A stretch of DNA of 64,000 nucleotides. Origin: Felis catus. Taxonomy: Eukaryota. The position numbers and the translations under genes were made by a program. How positions within the stretch are numbered: the first letter of the stretch is position 1; each line of letters starts with the position of its first letter. The notes beneath the pieces are model-generated. The model had not been told where the DNA came from. It searched no databases and saw only the letters and a program-made list of their open reading frames with translations. This document shows, one piece after another, positions 36,178-48,981 of this stretch. Location of the stretch: contig NC_058373.1 of assembly GCF_018350175.1 (NCBI RefSeq), positions 116,128,001 to 116,192,000 on the forward strand, read 5' to 3'.

Positions 36178-37605
36178 GGTGGTTTACAGTTTGGGGCAGT
36201 TGTAAATGAAGCTGCTGTGAATGTTTGTGTATGTCAGTGTGTGGACATCTGCCTTCATTTCTCTTGGGCAAATGTCCAGAAGGGGAACGTCTGGGTCACA
36301 TGGTATGTGTACCTTTACTCTTTTAAGAAACTGTCAGCACGGTTTTCCACAGTGACCATGCCATTTTGCATACCCACCAGCAGCGTATGGGACTTCCGAT
36401 TGCTTTGTTCTTGCCAATACTTAGTGTGTTTAATTGTTTTAATTTTTAAAAATCTAACTTTTTTGACGGCGATTTAATTTGCCATTCTGGAGAATGTGTG
36501 GTGTTATCTCACTGCACGTTTAATTGGCAGCCCCCTCATGGCCAATGATGTAGCTCATCTTTTCGTGTACTTACTTGCCATCCTTGTATCTTCTTTAGTG
36601 AAGTATCTGTTCAAATCTTTCACCCTCTTAATCATTGATTGAGAGCTAATGGAACACACATTTGAATAAGCATAAGCATAGAACATCAGATTGTGGATCT
36701 TACCGACTATCCAGGTTGGCAGTCTGGGAAAGGAGACCAGAACATCCTGGAAGAGCACACGGCATTGAAACTTGGCAGAGGCTGGTGAGAGCTGAGGATC
36801 AATTCTGCCAGCTTCCCAGTTGTTTCTAAGTTTGGCCTTGTGACCTTCCTAACAGTTTTCTCACCATTCGCCCCCGGGGCTTCTGAGAACCCCAATTTCA
36901 TGAAATTTCTGTGGGAGTCTCTTGTCACAGGAGTGCACCATCTGTGACTTTTGCCTCAAGAGGTTTGCCAAGATTGTAGGCGGAGACAGAGACACCCACA
37001 GAAGTACCTAGATAAGATCTGGTCTGGAGTTGAGAACAAAGTAGTGTCTAAAACACATTCCACTCGAGTGAAGTCCTTGGAAAGGAGGAATGAGGAGAAA
37101 GGACCACGGGATGATAGGAACGAGAACAGACGATAATAGTTGGAGCCGTGATCAAGGACACCGTGTTCCGTCATGGCCAACTCCATGCCTGGAAAAGATA
37201 AGCGGGGGAGAATCCGGGGAAGAGCAGAGAACATGATTAAAGAATGAAGACTCTGATTTATGAGGCTGACTTCATAGAGCTCACTGAAGCTAGTTCATTT
37301 AACGAAATGTAACTGAAGCTAATTTTCCATCAGAGCCTCAAAGGCAATGGAAATGCTCATATAAAAGATTAGGAAAATTGCAAATGTAGGAGTCAGATTG
37401 TCTAGCAAACCCATTAAGTAAAATGAAAATAACTTCTGCATTAAGCGGACCAGTTCGTGATCTAAACTTGTCTTCTCTCTGTCCTGACAAGTCCCTCGTT
37501 CACATTCTCTCGTTCTCTTCCATCTTTCTCTTTATTCCCTCCCTCTTTGTTTTTTTCTGGGGAAATGTCATAACTGTATACAAAACCCCAGCTCCGCAAG
37601 TGCTT

Positions 37606-37817
37606 TTTTTTTTTTTTTTAAGTTTATTTATTTATTTTGAAAGAGAGAGAGAGCATGAGCAGCGTAGGGGCAGAGAGAGACGGAGAGAATTGTAAGCAGG
37701 CTCCACACTGTCTGTGCAGAGCCGGATGCAGGGGCTCAATCCTATAAACCATGAGACCATGACCTCAGCTGAGATTAAGAGTCAGACACTTAACTGACTG
37801 AGCCACCCAGGTGCCCC
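37606..37817 (-). mobile_element. Can-SINE
   Basis: TSD GCAAGTGCTT at 37596-37605 and 37819-37828. Confidence 0.92.
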
Positions 37818-38055
37818 TGCAAGTGCTTATTTCTTCACCTTTAGGGGAATCCTCCTGGTTGGCTCCTGTCCCTGGGTCCATCTATTCATGGACATATCTG
37901 TATTCTTTCGGCTTCATCCAGCTGACCTAGGTTGAGGTTTACCCCCATCCCTTCTCTTATATCTCAATTGCTCTTTGAATCAGGCCTTTCTTCAAGCCAG
38001 GAGCTCAAATGACCCTTAATTCCATCATCCTGTTAAAAAGAAATAACAGACCCCA

Positions 38056-38244
38056 GGGTGCCTGGGTAGCTCAGTTGGTTAAGTATAAGACTTTGGCTCA
38101 GGTCACTATCTCACCATTCCTGAGTTTGAGCCGATCATTGGCCTCTATGCTGACAGCTCAAAGCCTGGAGCCTGTTTCAGATTCTATGTCTCCCCCTACT
38201 CACTGCCCCTCCCCAGCTTGCACTCTGTCTCTCTCTCTCAAAAA

Positions 38245-38287
<43 letters not shown>

Positions 38288-38293
38288 AATTGA

Positions 38294-38360
<67 letters not shown>
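38056..38360 (+). mobile_element. Can-SINE with (TAAA)n(GAAA)n compound microsatellite tail
   Basis: Degraded TSD AAGAAA(T/C)AACAG(A/G)CCCCA. Confidence 0.92.
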
Positions 38361-38365
<5 letters not shown>

Positions 38366-38623
38366 AACAACAGGCCCCAAATGGAGTCAAAAACCCCACC
38401 AAGACTTAATAACTAACCTAACTACAATTTCAGTAATTCCCAGGAATGGAATTTTAACCCAATAAGTCTGAAATTTCCTGATTAGCACTAGTGAGGTCAC
38501 CTGCATGTTAAGACCCTCTCTTGTTCCCCCAAGGAAAGGTGACCTTGCCTGAAACAATCCTTTCTTTCTTTTTTGCTAATAACCTTGTCTTGCCCCATTT
38601 CTGCCTATAAAATATTTCCACTT

Positions 38624-38794
38624 TTTTCCCCCAAGTCTTTATCTAAATTCCAGTTAGTTAACATACCATGTAATATTAGTTTCAGGTGTAGAATTTAGTG
38701 ATTCAACATTTCCACACAGCACCCAGTGTTCATCAAAGCAAGTGCCCTCCTTAGTACCCATCACCCATGTAACACATCCCCCTGCCCTGCCCCG
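38624..38794 (-). mobile_element. 5'-truncated carnivore L1 3' end
   Basis: 'attagtttcaggtgtagaatttagtgattca...cacccagtg.tcatc...aagtgccctcctt' with TSD AAT(A/C)TTTCCACTT at 38611-38623 and 38795-38807. Confidence 0.85.
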
Positions 38795-39344
38795 AATCTT
38801 TCCACTTAGTACAGCTACTGGGAGCTCCCTCCTATTTGCTAGATGAGATGCTGTCCGATTCATTAGCTGTTGAATAAAGCCAATTACATCTTTAAATTTA
38901 CTCAGTTGTATTTTTGTTCTTCAACAGTTCTAACACAGTTGCTTGTAGGATTTTGCTGTGTTGGCATCCAGAGAGCAAAAAAGCAAAAGGATTGATGCCC
39001 CCTTGTTAGATGGACACTTGGAGACTGGCAGCTGAGAGCACTAAGAACCAGAGAGGTGTGGAGAGATTAGTGGAGCCTCCCATCCCCCACCTTCTAGGAA
39101 GGGCAGAACCGGGGCAGGAAGTAGGGGCCCAGGAGAAGCTGAAGGGGAATGGTGAAGAGGTCCTTCCTACTCTGTGCCTCTCACCATTCACAACTTCACC
39201 TGGCTCAGGAGCTCCAACAGCTTCCCCAGAGCTTTATATTCTTATAAGAGAAGCCACCAGATGTAGGTGACATTGTCCTTGACCTTCTCCAAAAGTTCCC
39301 CCGTAGTTAACCTCCTTTCATATATAAGGTGTAATTTGTTTTCT

Positions 39345-39580
39345 TAAAAAAATTTTTTAATGTTTATTTATTTTTAAGAGAGAGAGAGAGTGTATGTGTG
39401 TGTTGGGCGGGGGGGGGGGGGGGGGGGGGACAGAGAGAGAGGGAGACACAGAATCTGAAGCAGGCTCCAGGCTCTGAGCTGTCAGCCCAGAGCTCAACAT
39501 GGGGCTTGAACTCACAGACTGCGAGATCATGACCGGAGCCGAAGTTGGACGCTTTACTGACTGAGCCACCCAGGCGCCCC
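39345..39580 (-). mobile_element. Can-SINE with a long G homopolymer
   Basis: Head, body and tail; G-run at ~39409-39429. Confidence 0.9.
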
Positions 39581-39990
39581 TATGGTGTCATTGGATGTGC
39601 AATGCACTAACAATCTCTTCAAGCTTATGTAGCTTTTTAAATGATGAGTCATTGAACATTGAGTGAAATCCATTGACACTGAGAGTCACAGAATAAACGT
39701 TTCTACTCCATGTTAATAATGCCAAAGTCTTGTTTCAACTGTTAAAGTCTAAGAGCGTCTATATTAGAAGATAAGGATGTCATTTCACCGTTGTCTTGAG
39801 CCAGTAGTGGAAGCCTGATGTAATTTATTCAAATCAAACCAGTTATAGCAATGGGTAGAGAAGGATGTGGGCATTTAGAGCTCTATCCCTGACTGGCTCT
39901 GTGACTCCTCAGCCATTTTACTTTGTCAGCTTCAGTTACTTCGTTGAAGAAATTAAAGGATTGTGCCAGAACATTTCATCAAACCTAACC

Positions 39991-40367
39991 TGTATTGATT
40001 TCCCTGGGCCGCCACCACAAAGCATCATAAAAGTGGGTGGCTAAAACACAGTTCTGGAGGTCAGAAGCCTGAAATCAGGTGTTGACAGGGTTGGGGCTGT
40101 GAGGGAGAATCTCTTCTGGCTCCTGCTAGCTACAGGCATTCTTTGGCTTGTTCATGGCTATCTTCTCCCTGTATCTTCATTTTGTCTTCCCTTTATATCT
40201 GTGTCTCTGTCCAAATTTGCCCTTTTCATGAGGACATGAGGCACATTGGACTCCCTCATCTTAACTTGATCATCTGCCAAGATCCTATTTCCAATAAGAT
40301 CATAACCATAGGTACTTAGGGTTAGGTCTTCCATATATTTTTAGGGTGACACATTCAATCCATAGCA
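39991..40367 (-). mobile_element. MaLR solo LTR (MLT1-like)
   Basis: 'tgtatt..tttccc...cacagttctggagg.cagaag...tatttccaaataag.tca...acacattcaatccatagca'. Confidence 0.75.
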
Positions 40368-41520
40368 CTAACTATGTAAAAAATCAATAAGGGGGAATAT
40401 ATGTGAACCCAAAAGTATACTGAAATATCTACCAAGAGAAGCTGGAATGAATGCTGGGTGGGTCTCCACAGCTGTCCTCCTAGCCTGATCTTTGCCTAAC
40501 TTCAAAGGTTTTCACAGGCTCCTTCCATAGAGATTACAGGATCTATAGCAGGGATGGTATCCAGGAGGAAAATACAGTTTCAGAGGCTTCCTCAAACGTA
40601 CCAGAAATGCCTACATATGAGTGCAAAGGTATATATGGATTTATTTGCCCTATGTATCTTTAGGGCCAGTAATACTCAAGCATATAAATCTAGCCTTTAA
40701 CCCTTGATGAGAAGCCAGTATGAGTCTCTGATGTAAATATCGTTTGAAAATTTGCCACTGGACTGTTTTGATTCATTTGTTCATCAACTAGATCCACCTG
40801 CCTATATAAACCCCATCTTTATCTTGCCTATGGGGTAAAAATGGAAGTCTCATTGGCTCACTCCAGCCCTCAAATTCTGAGAAATAAATGGTGACCCTTT
40901 CACCAGCCACACATTCAGGCCAGAGCCTAGAGAATGGTTTGTACACTGACCGAAGGTCAGTTATTTTATTTTATTTTTTTTGCTTCTGTCTTCTTTGCTC
41001 CCATCACACGTCATACATGGATTTCTCTTTCCTTACCCTTGCCACACACTCTCTGTCGAAAGATGCAAAATCTTTGTTGAGTAGCAACCTCTGTAACAAT
41101 GAGAAAATTCCTCCCCAGATGACTTGGGACAGATTGGAGCCAAACCATTTCCTTCAGTCCCCGAGCACATTGTTTCCCTCCAGTGACTTCTGCAATCCAG
41201 AAACAGCTGCAAATTCCAGTAAAACAACATTCTGATCCAATCCCTCAAGCTATCCTTACCCTTTTGTTTTTCTCTCTGGAGGGAGGAAAGAGAAAAATCC
41301 TTGAAAAGCTGCCATGGTGCATTATTTCCAAGCATCTGTTAATGGAGGTATGAGCCAGGCAGCTTTTTTATTGGAGGAAAGGAGAGAGCAAAAATGTGAG
41401 AAAGAAAGAGTTTTTCAATGATGGAGGAAAATCTGAGTAAATGAAATAAGCTTGCACGATGGGCAAAAAAAAACTGAGTAAACAGTGATTTATGCAACGC
41501 AATTGAAATGTGCTCATTCA

Positions 41521-41772
41521 GGGTTGTCTGGGTGGCTCAGTTAGTTGAGCGTCTGACTCTTGATTTTGGCTCAGGTCATGATCCCAGGCGCATGGGATTG
41601 AGCCCCATGTTGGACTCTATGCTGAGCAGCAAGGAGCCTGCTTAAGATTCTCTCTCCCTTTGCCCCCTCCCCTGCTTGTGCTCTCTCTCAAAAGGAAGGA
41701 AGGAAGGAAGGAAGGAAGGAAGGAAGGAAGGAAGGAAGGAAGGAAGGAAAGAAGGAAGGAAGGAAGGAAAGA
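41521..41772 (+). mobile_element. Can-SINE with (GGAA)n microsatellite tail
   Basis: Head and body plus ~19 GGAA units at 41693-41770. Confidence 0.9.
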
Positions 41773-44579
41773 AATATTCTCATTCAGAAAGCTTAGACTC
41801 TTTCATTTTGGGTGAGCCAGGAAGCCAGTTTAGTTCAATATTTAACTTGGGCCATTCTTACTTGAAACTAACCTAATAAGAGAACAACAGGATATATAAA
41901 AATGGTACATAAAGGTGTATAAAGAGTACATTACTTCATCAAATAATTTATAGTAATACCCCTGTAAGTAGCAACCTCTGTAAAACACTTAAATGGTATG
42001 CCAATTTATAAAATTATCTTTCATTTGCCCTTTCAGATTTGCTCTTTACCCTTTTTCACTCCTTGCTGTGCCTGAGAGACGTGTCTTTATGAATAAAATC
42101 AATTCCTGCCCTCTAGCTTGTGGTTGGGGTTGGCTAATGGGAAGCATTACCAGGATCCTGAAGAGTAGAAAGAATGAGGTTGAGATATTTATTACTGTGG
42201 CCCCCTCCCTGGTGGATTCCCACGGATTGGCTGCTACTCTCTACTGGAGGTCACAGCTCCTGGGAGAGGAGAGTATCCCTTCCTCCTCATGCAGCTATGC
42301 TCTGCTCCTTCCCCTTGCCCTTGGATGTGTAGGGCGTGGGTAACAGAATCCCACTGCTGCTGGTCCCAGGGTACTTCATGTTTCTTTTCCAATTCCCTAA
42401 ACCTCACCCACACCTTTATAAATATATTAGTTCCTTAAGCTCTCCTTAATTGTACAGTTTGAATGTGTTTTCTGTTTTCAGGAAGTGCCCTGACTCTTAC
42501 AGCGCATGATTTTTTCCTTCAGCTAGACTGTCTCTTGAATGCAGCCTTATAGGATGTTCTGTGCCTCCTTCAAAACATCTAGCATGCTCCCGTGCCCCAA
42601 GTAAACATTGGTCATTCATGACATTGACGATCTCAGGAAAGTCCTTCACTTATCTGGCCCCTCTTTCACACTGCCAGGTCCATTTAGTGAATCCTACAAG
42701 ATTCTGTCTGTTCACACAGAGTCTGCCCATCGTTGCTGCCAAAAGCTTGCATTTAATGGCACTTTGCTGCGTCTGAGACGTAGTGTGGTATAATGGAAAC
42801 AGTAGGTTTTGGGGAGCCTTACTGACTCAGGTTCAATTCCCAGCTCTGCTACTTACTAGTTAAGTAACCTAGGGAAAGCTACTCCAAGTCCCCAAGAACC
42901 ACTGTCGTCATCTATAAATGTGAGATGCGGAATCACCACATCTCTGCCTCCTCCCCTTGCTCCTTCCCCATTTTCACCAGTGTGGCTATGTAGATTTCCT
43001 TGTCCCCAATTTGAACACAATGTCTGGTGGTAGGACGAAGCCAGGTTCCTGAGAAAGAAGGGATAGAAAGGAAAGGAAGAGAAAATGATAGAAATTTTAG
43101 GCATATTGACAACACAGACTATACTTATGATCAGTATGTTTGGGGAAGATGTAGAGGAAACTGTGATATCTAAAGAAGCTAAGGAAAAAACATAAAAGGA
43201 GGCATAAAAAACGAACAAGGTGGAATATTCTGGCGCTGCCTGTCTGAAGCAGTAGTGCTATAGTAGCAGACTTTTCATTGAGGGCAGAATGAAGAAAAAA
43301 TGCATCCAATGTAGAAAATAGGACACTGAGTGGAGAACATGTTCAAAAGAGGAACGTAGGAAGTGACCATAATTTTTCCACCCATTAAATGAGTTGGTGT
43401 ATAGGTAACTGATAAGCTCCGATCAACATGGAATTTTTTTCTTTTCCAACCCTACCAAGAAAGTGAGGACCATAAAACAGAACTCTTGGAACAAGTTGAT
43501 TTACTCTTACCACTTTTTTTTTTTAAATAAATAATACCCCAGTTACTTTTATGATGTGGGGGAAGGGGTATCTAAGTACCTCTACAAGGCAGACTTGGTG
43601 TGGATTGAACAACAACTCAAGAGAAAAGGACACGCGTTTTGCATCATATCCTGGGCTTAGAGCGTCTCCCTCATTGGCTACGGCTAAATGTGTTCTTTTG
43701 GGCAACGGGCCAAGCCTGCATGCCTGCCTGGCTGTTGTGAAGAATCATAGCGGGGCCACAGGGATTATAATACCTCCTTCAAAGGGTTGCTATGACGCAG
43801 TTCAGTGAGAACTACATAAAGAACCTAGCACCCAGTGCACAGGAGGAACTTCATACGTGCTCTTTATTATGTTTTGTGGGACAATTTAGATAAAAGACTT
43901 TTTTTCGTTTTCTTTTGGAAAATCACGGTGGTTGACATTCTCTTACTGGTCATGCCAACTATGGCGATGCCTCCAAAAGGTTATTTTCAACCTCCTTTAT
44001 GCCTGTCTCCACGAAAAACAATAGAGAGCATTTGACAACACTGAGGACCAAATGGCACAGTGGAGTTTCTTACACAAGCAAACAAGTTGCCCGAAGTCAA
44101 CTATATGTTCAATAAAAGAAAATGATACAGATGAATATGTACATATATGTCATTCCCCGCCCCCAACAATATGGCCCTTAAATTCACGCCAACTATTTCA
44201 TCTGGTGCTTAACCAAAGAAACAGCCATGGCCATCTGTTCCAACTCTGGGGAAAAACTGGCTGTGTTGAACTTACTGAGAGATGGTGCAGAATGCATGGA
44301 GCACTCTAATCTATACCATATGGCTGATTTAAGAGATTTTTGATGGCAATTTTTCCATATATGATTTTAGAACCCAAACCCCAAGCATGGGGCAGCACCA
44401 CTCATTTCAAGTCATTGGACCCTAAGTGTATATGAAAAGTGACTCCTCACGATACCCAGTATTACTCCTAGGTTAATCTGGAGACTGTTTAGGCAGTCTC
44501 ATAGCTGTGAAGACATCTGCGTGACCATGTTCCCTCCTATACGTTCCTTCTGTCAGTACTGTCATCATTGGTATTTTCA

Positions 44580-45150
44580 ATTATTTATTTTAAAAACACT
44601 TACTGAGTACCACCTGCTAGGCCCTGTGATCAGCTCTAGGAATTCAGGAGAGAAAAAACTAAGCTTGGTCTCTGGTCTCATGGAGCTCACATTCTAGGAG
44701 AGGAATCAGACACACTGATCAATTAGTCAGTCACACAAATTCATTCAGTCGTTCATTCAACAAATATTCATTAAGAGCCAGGTATGTGCCAGGCATTATA
44801 CTGGGCACTGGGGATAATATAAGTCAACAAAACAGACCCAAATCTCCTTCACAGCATTTATGTTCTTTAGGGAAGGTAGAAAATAAATCAGATAACTATA
44901 TGAACTATTTGGTGTGGTAGATACTTACTTATAAAGCCCAAGGAGAAAAAAAAATAAAGTAGGGAAGGGGGTTTTTAATGTTGGAGGAGTGGTAAATTTC
45001 AGGTAGAAAGGCTAGACAGCCTCCCTAAGAAGGTGACTTTTGAGTTAAGCCCTAAAAGAAGTGATGTTTCTAGCCCTATGGGTATCCAGAGGAAGAATGT
45101 TCCAGGCAGAGAAAACAGTCAGTGGAGAAACATTTGTGGCTGGTGTGGAG
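44580..45150 (-). mobile_element. L2 remnants (two 3' ends)
   Basis: 'cattcagtcgttcattcaacaaatatt...tatgtgccaggca' L2 signature. Confidence 0.6.
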
Positions 45151-46147
45151 AGGAAATGCTAACAGTCTACAGCAGTCTAGTCTAGAGGGATGGGTGACAA
45201 TTCTCCAAACGGTCTCTGGGCAGAGCTGGGGCACTGAAGGGACGGGACACAGGAGTAATCTTTTCTGTGGGCTGTCAACTGCTGTAGAGTCTATGGTTCA
45301 AACTGATTGGTCTTCTGTGACCTCTACAATGATGACGGCCTGTGTTCTCCTCGTGTGCAACCATCACCCAAAGCCGCCACTGTGGTAGCATGTGCTTTCA
45401 GTTGTGGTTGTGTTACTTTGTACCGAGATGATAGATCTGCACTGCTTTAATCAGACCCTTCCGAGGATCATCTTCTGAACAATGGATGTATTTACAGATG
45501 GCCGGCCAGAGTCAGGAGAGCAGTCTGCGGCCATAAAATAGATAAAGCAGGGTCACCACATTCTGGAAGAAAAGCCACAATCTTGGTTTCATCAGAAAGT
45601 GCTCTCCCCAGGTGAGCAAACTAGGCCTAGACAAAGCAGAAATGGTCAGCCGGGAGATTCTTACGCAGACTAGAACAGTCGTCTTCTCCTGCTCGCGTAT
45701 GTAGCACATATGTGTTCTTTTCAACTGGTGTCGCACATTTTCATCTTTGCCTTAATTATATGCACATAGCACTCTTTAAATACCCTGATTATAATGAGGA
45801 GAAGAGACGGAAATGAAATGGTTCCATTCTATTCCTCCCCAGAAAGTGGATTCTGTAACTCTAACCAACTCTATTTCTGAACCATCTATTGCTCTGGGAT
45901 ATAACAGGGAAGAAGAGGATATAAAAATGTGGCACAATCAAAAGAGAACTAATGAACAAGAAAATGAAAATAGTTGATCTTTATTCCCATTTTCATGTGT
46001 ATCATCCAAGGAGGTATAATCATTAGGCATGATTTACCAACGAAACACGGAAGCTTAGAGCAATGATGTAAATAGCTAGAAAGTCACAGCTCAGGCTCAA
46101 AGTCAGTGTGCCCACCCAGGAAGCCTAACTCCAGATTCTACACTCTT

Positions 46148-46363
46148 TTTTTTTTTTTTTTTAATGTTTATTTATTTTTGAGACAGAGAGAGACAGAGCA
46201 TGAATGGGGGAGGGTCAGAGAGAGGGAGACACAGAATCTGAAGCAGGCCCCAGGCTCCGAGCTGTCAGCACAGAGCCTGACATGGGACTCGAACTCACAG
46301 ACTATGAAATCATGACCTGAGCCGGAGTCGGATGCTTAACCGACTAAGCCACCCAGGTGCCCC
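46148..46363 (-). mobile_element. Can-SINE
   Basis: 16-bp TSD CAGATTCTACACTCTT at 46132-46147 and 46364-46379. Confidence 0.94.
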
Positions 46364-46558
46364 CAGATTCTACACTCTTAATCTCTGCTATAGTGCTTTC
46401 CTGAAATTAGCAAAGAATTAGAGGAGAAAAGGAGTGACAAGAAAAGGGAGAGTTAAATGAGAGAGGAAAAAGAAAGGAGGAAGGGGCTTCAGTAATTTCT
46501 GTGTTCCGGAAGATAAATGAGGAGAATTAATGCTGCCCTTGAGAGAAGACTACTTCCT

Positions 46559-46770
46559 GGGGCGCCTGAGTGGCTCAGTCGGTTAAGTGACTGACTCTTG
46601 ATTTCTGCTCAGGTCACGATCTCATGGTTTGTGGCTTTGAGCCCCCCAAGTCCAGCTCTGTGCTGACAGTGTGGAGGCTGCTTGGGATTCCCTCTGTCAC
46701 CCTACCTCTCTGCCTACCCCTTCTCACTCTCTCTCTCTCAAAAATAAATAAACTTTCAAAAATAAATAAA
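46559..46770 (+). mobile_element. Can-SINE
   Basis: Head, body and tail. Confidence 0.9.
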
Positions 46771-47779
46771 CATAAGCATTAGCTGTTCTTACTTCTAAAA
46801 GAACAACTTCCTCAACCCTTTCTATGTTTTTAAAAAGTCATTGCATTGTCTTCTTTTCTTTTTCTAACTTTGCACAGTGCTTAGAATGACACTATCCAGA
46901 CAGCATGTGTTCAGTGAACCCTACTGAGTAACGATGGATTTGCACCAGAAGCTCTGAAGGACTCTTGGGCCAGCAGACACACTCTAAGATCTGAGGCAGT
47001 AAGATCTTTTAGATGACACATTGTCCATTGTTTACTGCTTGTCTAAAGCAATAAGGTCGCAAGAACCAACCTTTAATGGGAGTGGCACCCATAAAACTGC
47101 TGTGTGATGGGTCTTGTAGTGACTCTCCATTATGGGTCCCACCACAGCTGCAGGGTGGTGGGCCCTCAGTGGTCTGAGCCCCACCCGCATCCCCACTCCC
47201 AGCGAATGGGCCCGGACTAGGCCGGCCTAGGCCCATTTGGGCCAATGAGTCACCAAATGAGGTTTCTAGGCACTTCTGAAGAACATGCTTTCTTACCCTT
47301 ACCTCACCTTTCTTTACCCTTCCTTACCCTGCTAACTAGCAGAATATAAAAAGGGAGGCGATTAGCCCAATAACTACTAGAAGACTACCAAAAACCAGGG
47401 AAGTTACTTTAGGATAAAGTTTAGGGTGAGGACAGGAGAGTGGAGAAATGGAGAGAGGCTTTGAAGCCGCCAATCCTGATCCCTCCCCTCATCTCTGACT
47501 TCCTTTATTCGTTCCAATACATTTACTTGCCATGGAAACTAGGGTGAAGTAGAGTTGGGTTTTCTGTTACTCGTATTTTAAATTATCCTACTGGTACAGC
47601 CTGGTAAAGATAAAAACAGTGAACGTGCATGGTCTGATGTTACCCCCAGCATGGTTCATCAGTTCGAGTTCTTCCTTTTGCATCACTGTGATGGCCCGCT
47701 CCCCTGACAGATACAGCCTTTCTCCTGTCATGACAGCCCAGTGAAAAACCCCAGCCAGAGCCCCAATCCCTGTAATCTC

Positions 47780-47829
47780 CCATCCATCCATCCATCCATC
47801 CATCCATCCATCCATCCATCTACCATCCA
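47780..47829. repeat. (CCAT)n tetranucleotide repeat at an L2-like 3' end
   Basis: About 10 perfect CCAT units. Confidence 0.9.
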
Positions 47830-48451
47830 GCCGATGGGTCAATAGATTTACAGCAAGCACCCATCAAGGCATTTTGCTAGGCATCGTAAGGCTACCAAAA
47901 AGAAAAAATTCAGGTGCTCACTGTTCTCAGAGACCCAATAGTCTAAAAGGGGAGAAAAATTATGTGTATACCTGCCTACGGTGAAATGTAGAAAATTATC
48001 GTGTCACCAGAGAAGTGCAAATAAAGCCCCACAGCAGATCAACAAGAGGAAGGGATTGTTTGCAGCTGAGGGGATTAGAGCCATTTTTTGTGCTAGAGAT
48101 GGACTTTGAGCTAGATCTTGGACAATACAGAAATGGTGCAAAAGAAAATGAGCATTCCTGGCAGAGAGGAGCAGGAGCAGAGGCCCAGCAGAAAATAACA
48201 GAGAATGCACAGGGAACAGTTGTCTGGAATAGTGTTGGTACTTGGAAGGATCATTGAGGCCAGACTGTGAAGGGATAGGATTCCAGATCAAGGAGTTATT
48301 CTGGGAGCAGTTGGGTAGATGTTGAATCAGGTGTGAACTGGGTAACAGAATGTGGTTTCGAAAGAAAGAGAGAATATTCAAGCCCGAGCAGAAAGGGACC
48401 AGAAAGCAGAACATCAGCAGAGTGGTTTCCCTGTGTTAAATGGTAAACGGA

Positions 48452-48655
48452 GGGGCGCCTGGGTGGCTCAGTCGGTTAAGCCTCCAGCTCTTGCTTTGGG
48501 CTCAGGTCATGATCCCGTGGCAGGATCGAGCCCCTGCGTCAGGCTCTGTGCTGACGGCACGGAGCCTGCTTGGGATTCTCTCCCTCTCTCTCTGCCCCTC
48601 CCCAACTTGCGTGCATGCACTCTTTCTCTCTCAAAATAAATAAACTTTAAAAAAG
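48452..48655 (+). mobile_element. Can-SINE
   Basis: Full structure with degraded TSD around GGTAAAC. Confidence 0.92.
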
Positions 48656-48668
48656 GTAAACTGAGGCA

Positions 48669-48981
48669 TGTTAAAATTTTTTTTTTCAAGGGTTTATTTC
48701 AAACTGGAAACCAAACCAACAATGGTAAGGAGCACTCCACTGACAGAAGCTAGGGGAAAGGGTTTTATAGAGAGGATGAAGAAGCAAAACAGGGATCTTA
48801 CTTGATTGACTATAGCTTAAGCAGTCGCCTTATTTGGGAGAGTCTGATCGGCTGTTCTCAAGTTTCATTCCCTCAGATTTGAGTGCTTCGACTCTGGCTT
48901 CGACTTTGGTTTCCTTACATAGGCTGCCAAGGCATTAGAGCCACCTCAGTCTAATGGCCTCCTTATATAATTGCTTTAACA
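48669..48981 (-). mobile_element. Probable short solo LTR
   Basis: TGTTAAA...TTTAACA inverted termini, TTTATT (AATAAA on minus) and TTTTATA (TATAAAA on minus) in LTR-like order. No clear TSD. Confidence 0.55.

Larger units (their letters stand above)
35160..36640 (-). mobile_element. Old L1 (L1M-type) 3' fragment hosting a SINE and an MLT1 LTR
   Basis: L1 antisense motifs 'ccattgtatggatatacca', 'tttatccattc' and 'ccattttgcatacccaccagcag'. Confidence 0.7.
38031..38926 (+). mobile_element. Solo ERV1 LTR (MER34-like) with nested SINE and L1
   Basis: TGTTAAA...TCAACA termini. Shares 'ccccaaatggagtca', 'agcact.gtgaggtca' and 'ataaagccaat' with 18812-19426. Confidence 0.8.

Noticed and set aside
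18812..38926. Full-length provirus between two related LTRs
   Set aside because: The first LTR has its own TSD on both sides, and the interval is ordinary SINE/L2/MIR-rich DNA without retroviral ORFs.
39405..39429. Long G homopolymer as a functional G-quadruplex
   Set aside because: It is an expanded C-tract within a SINE body, and homopolymer length is also error-prone in assemblies.
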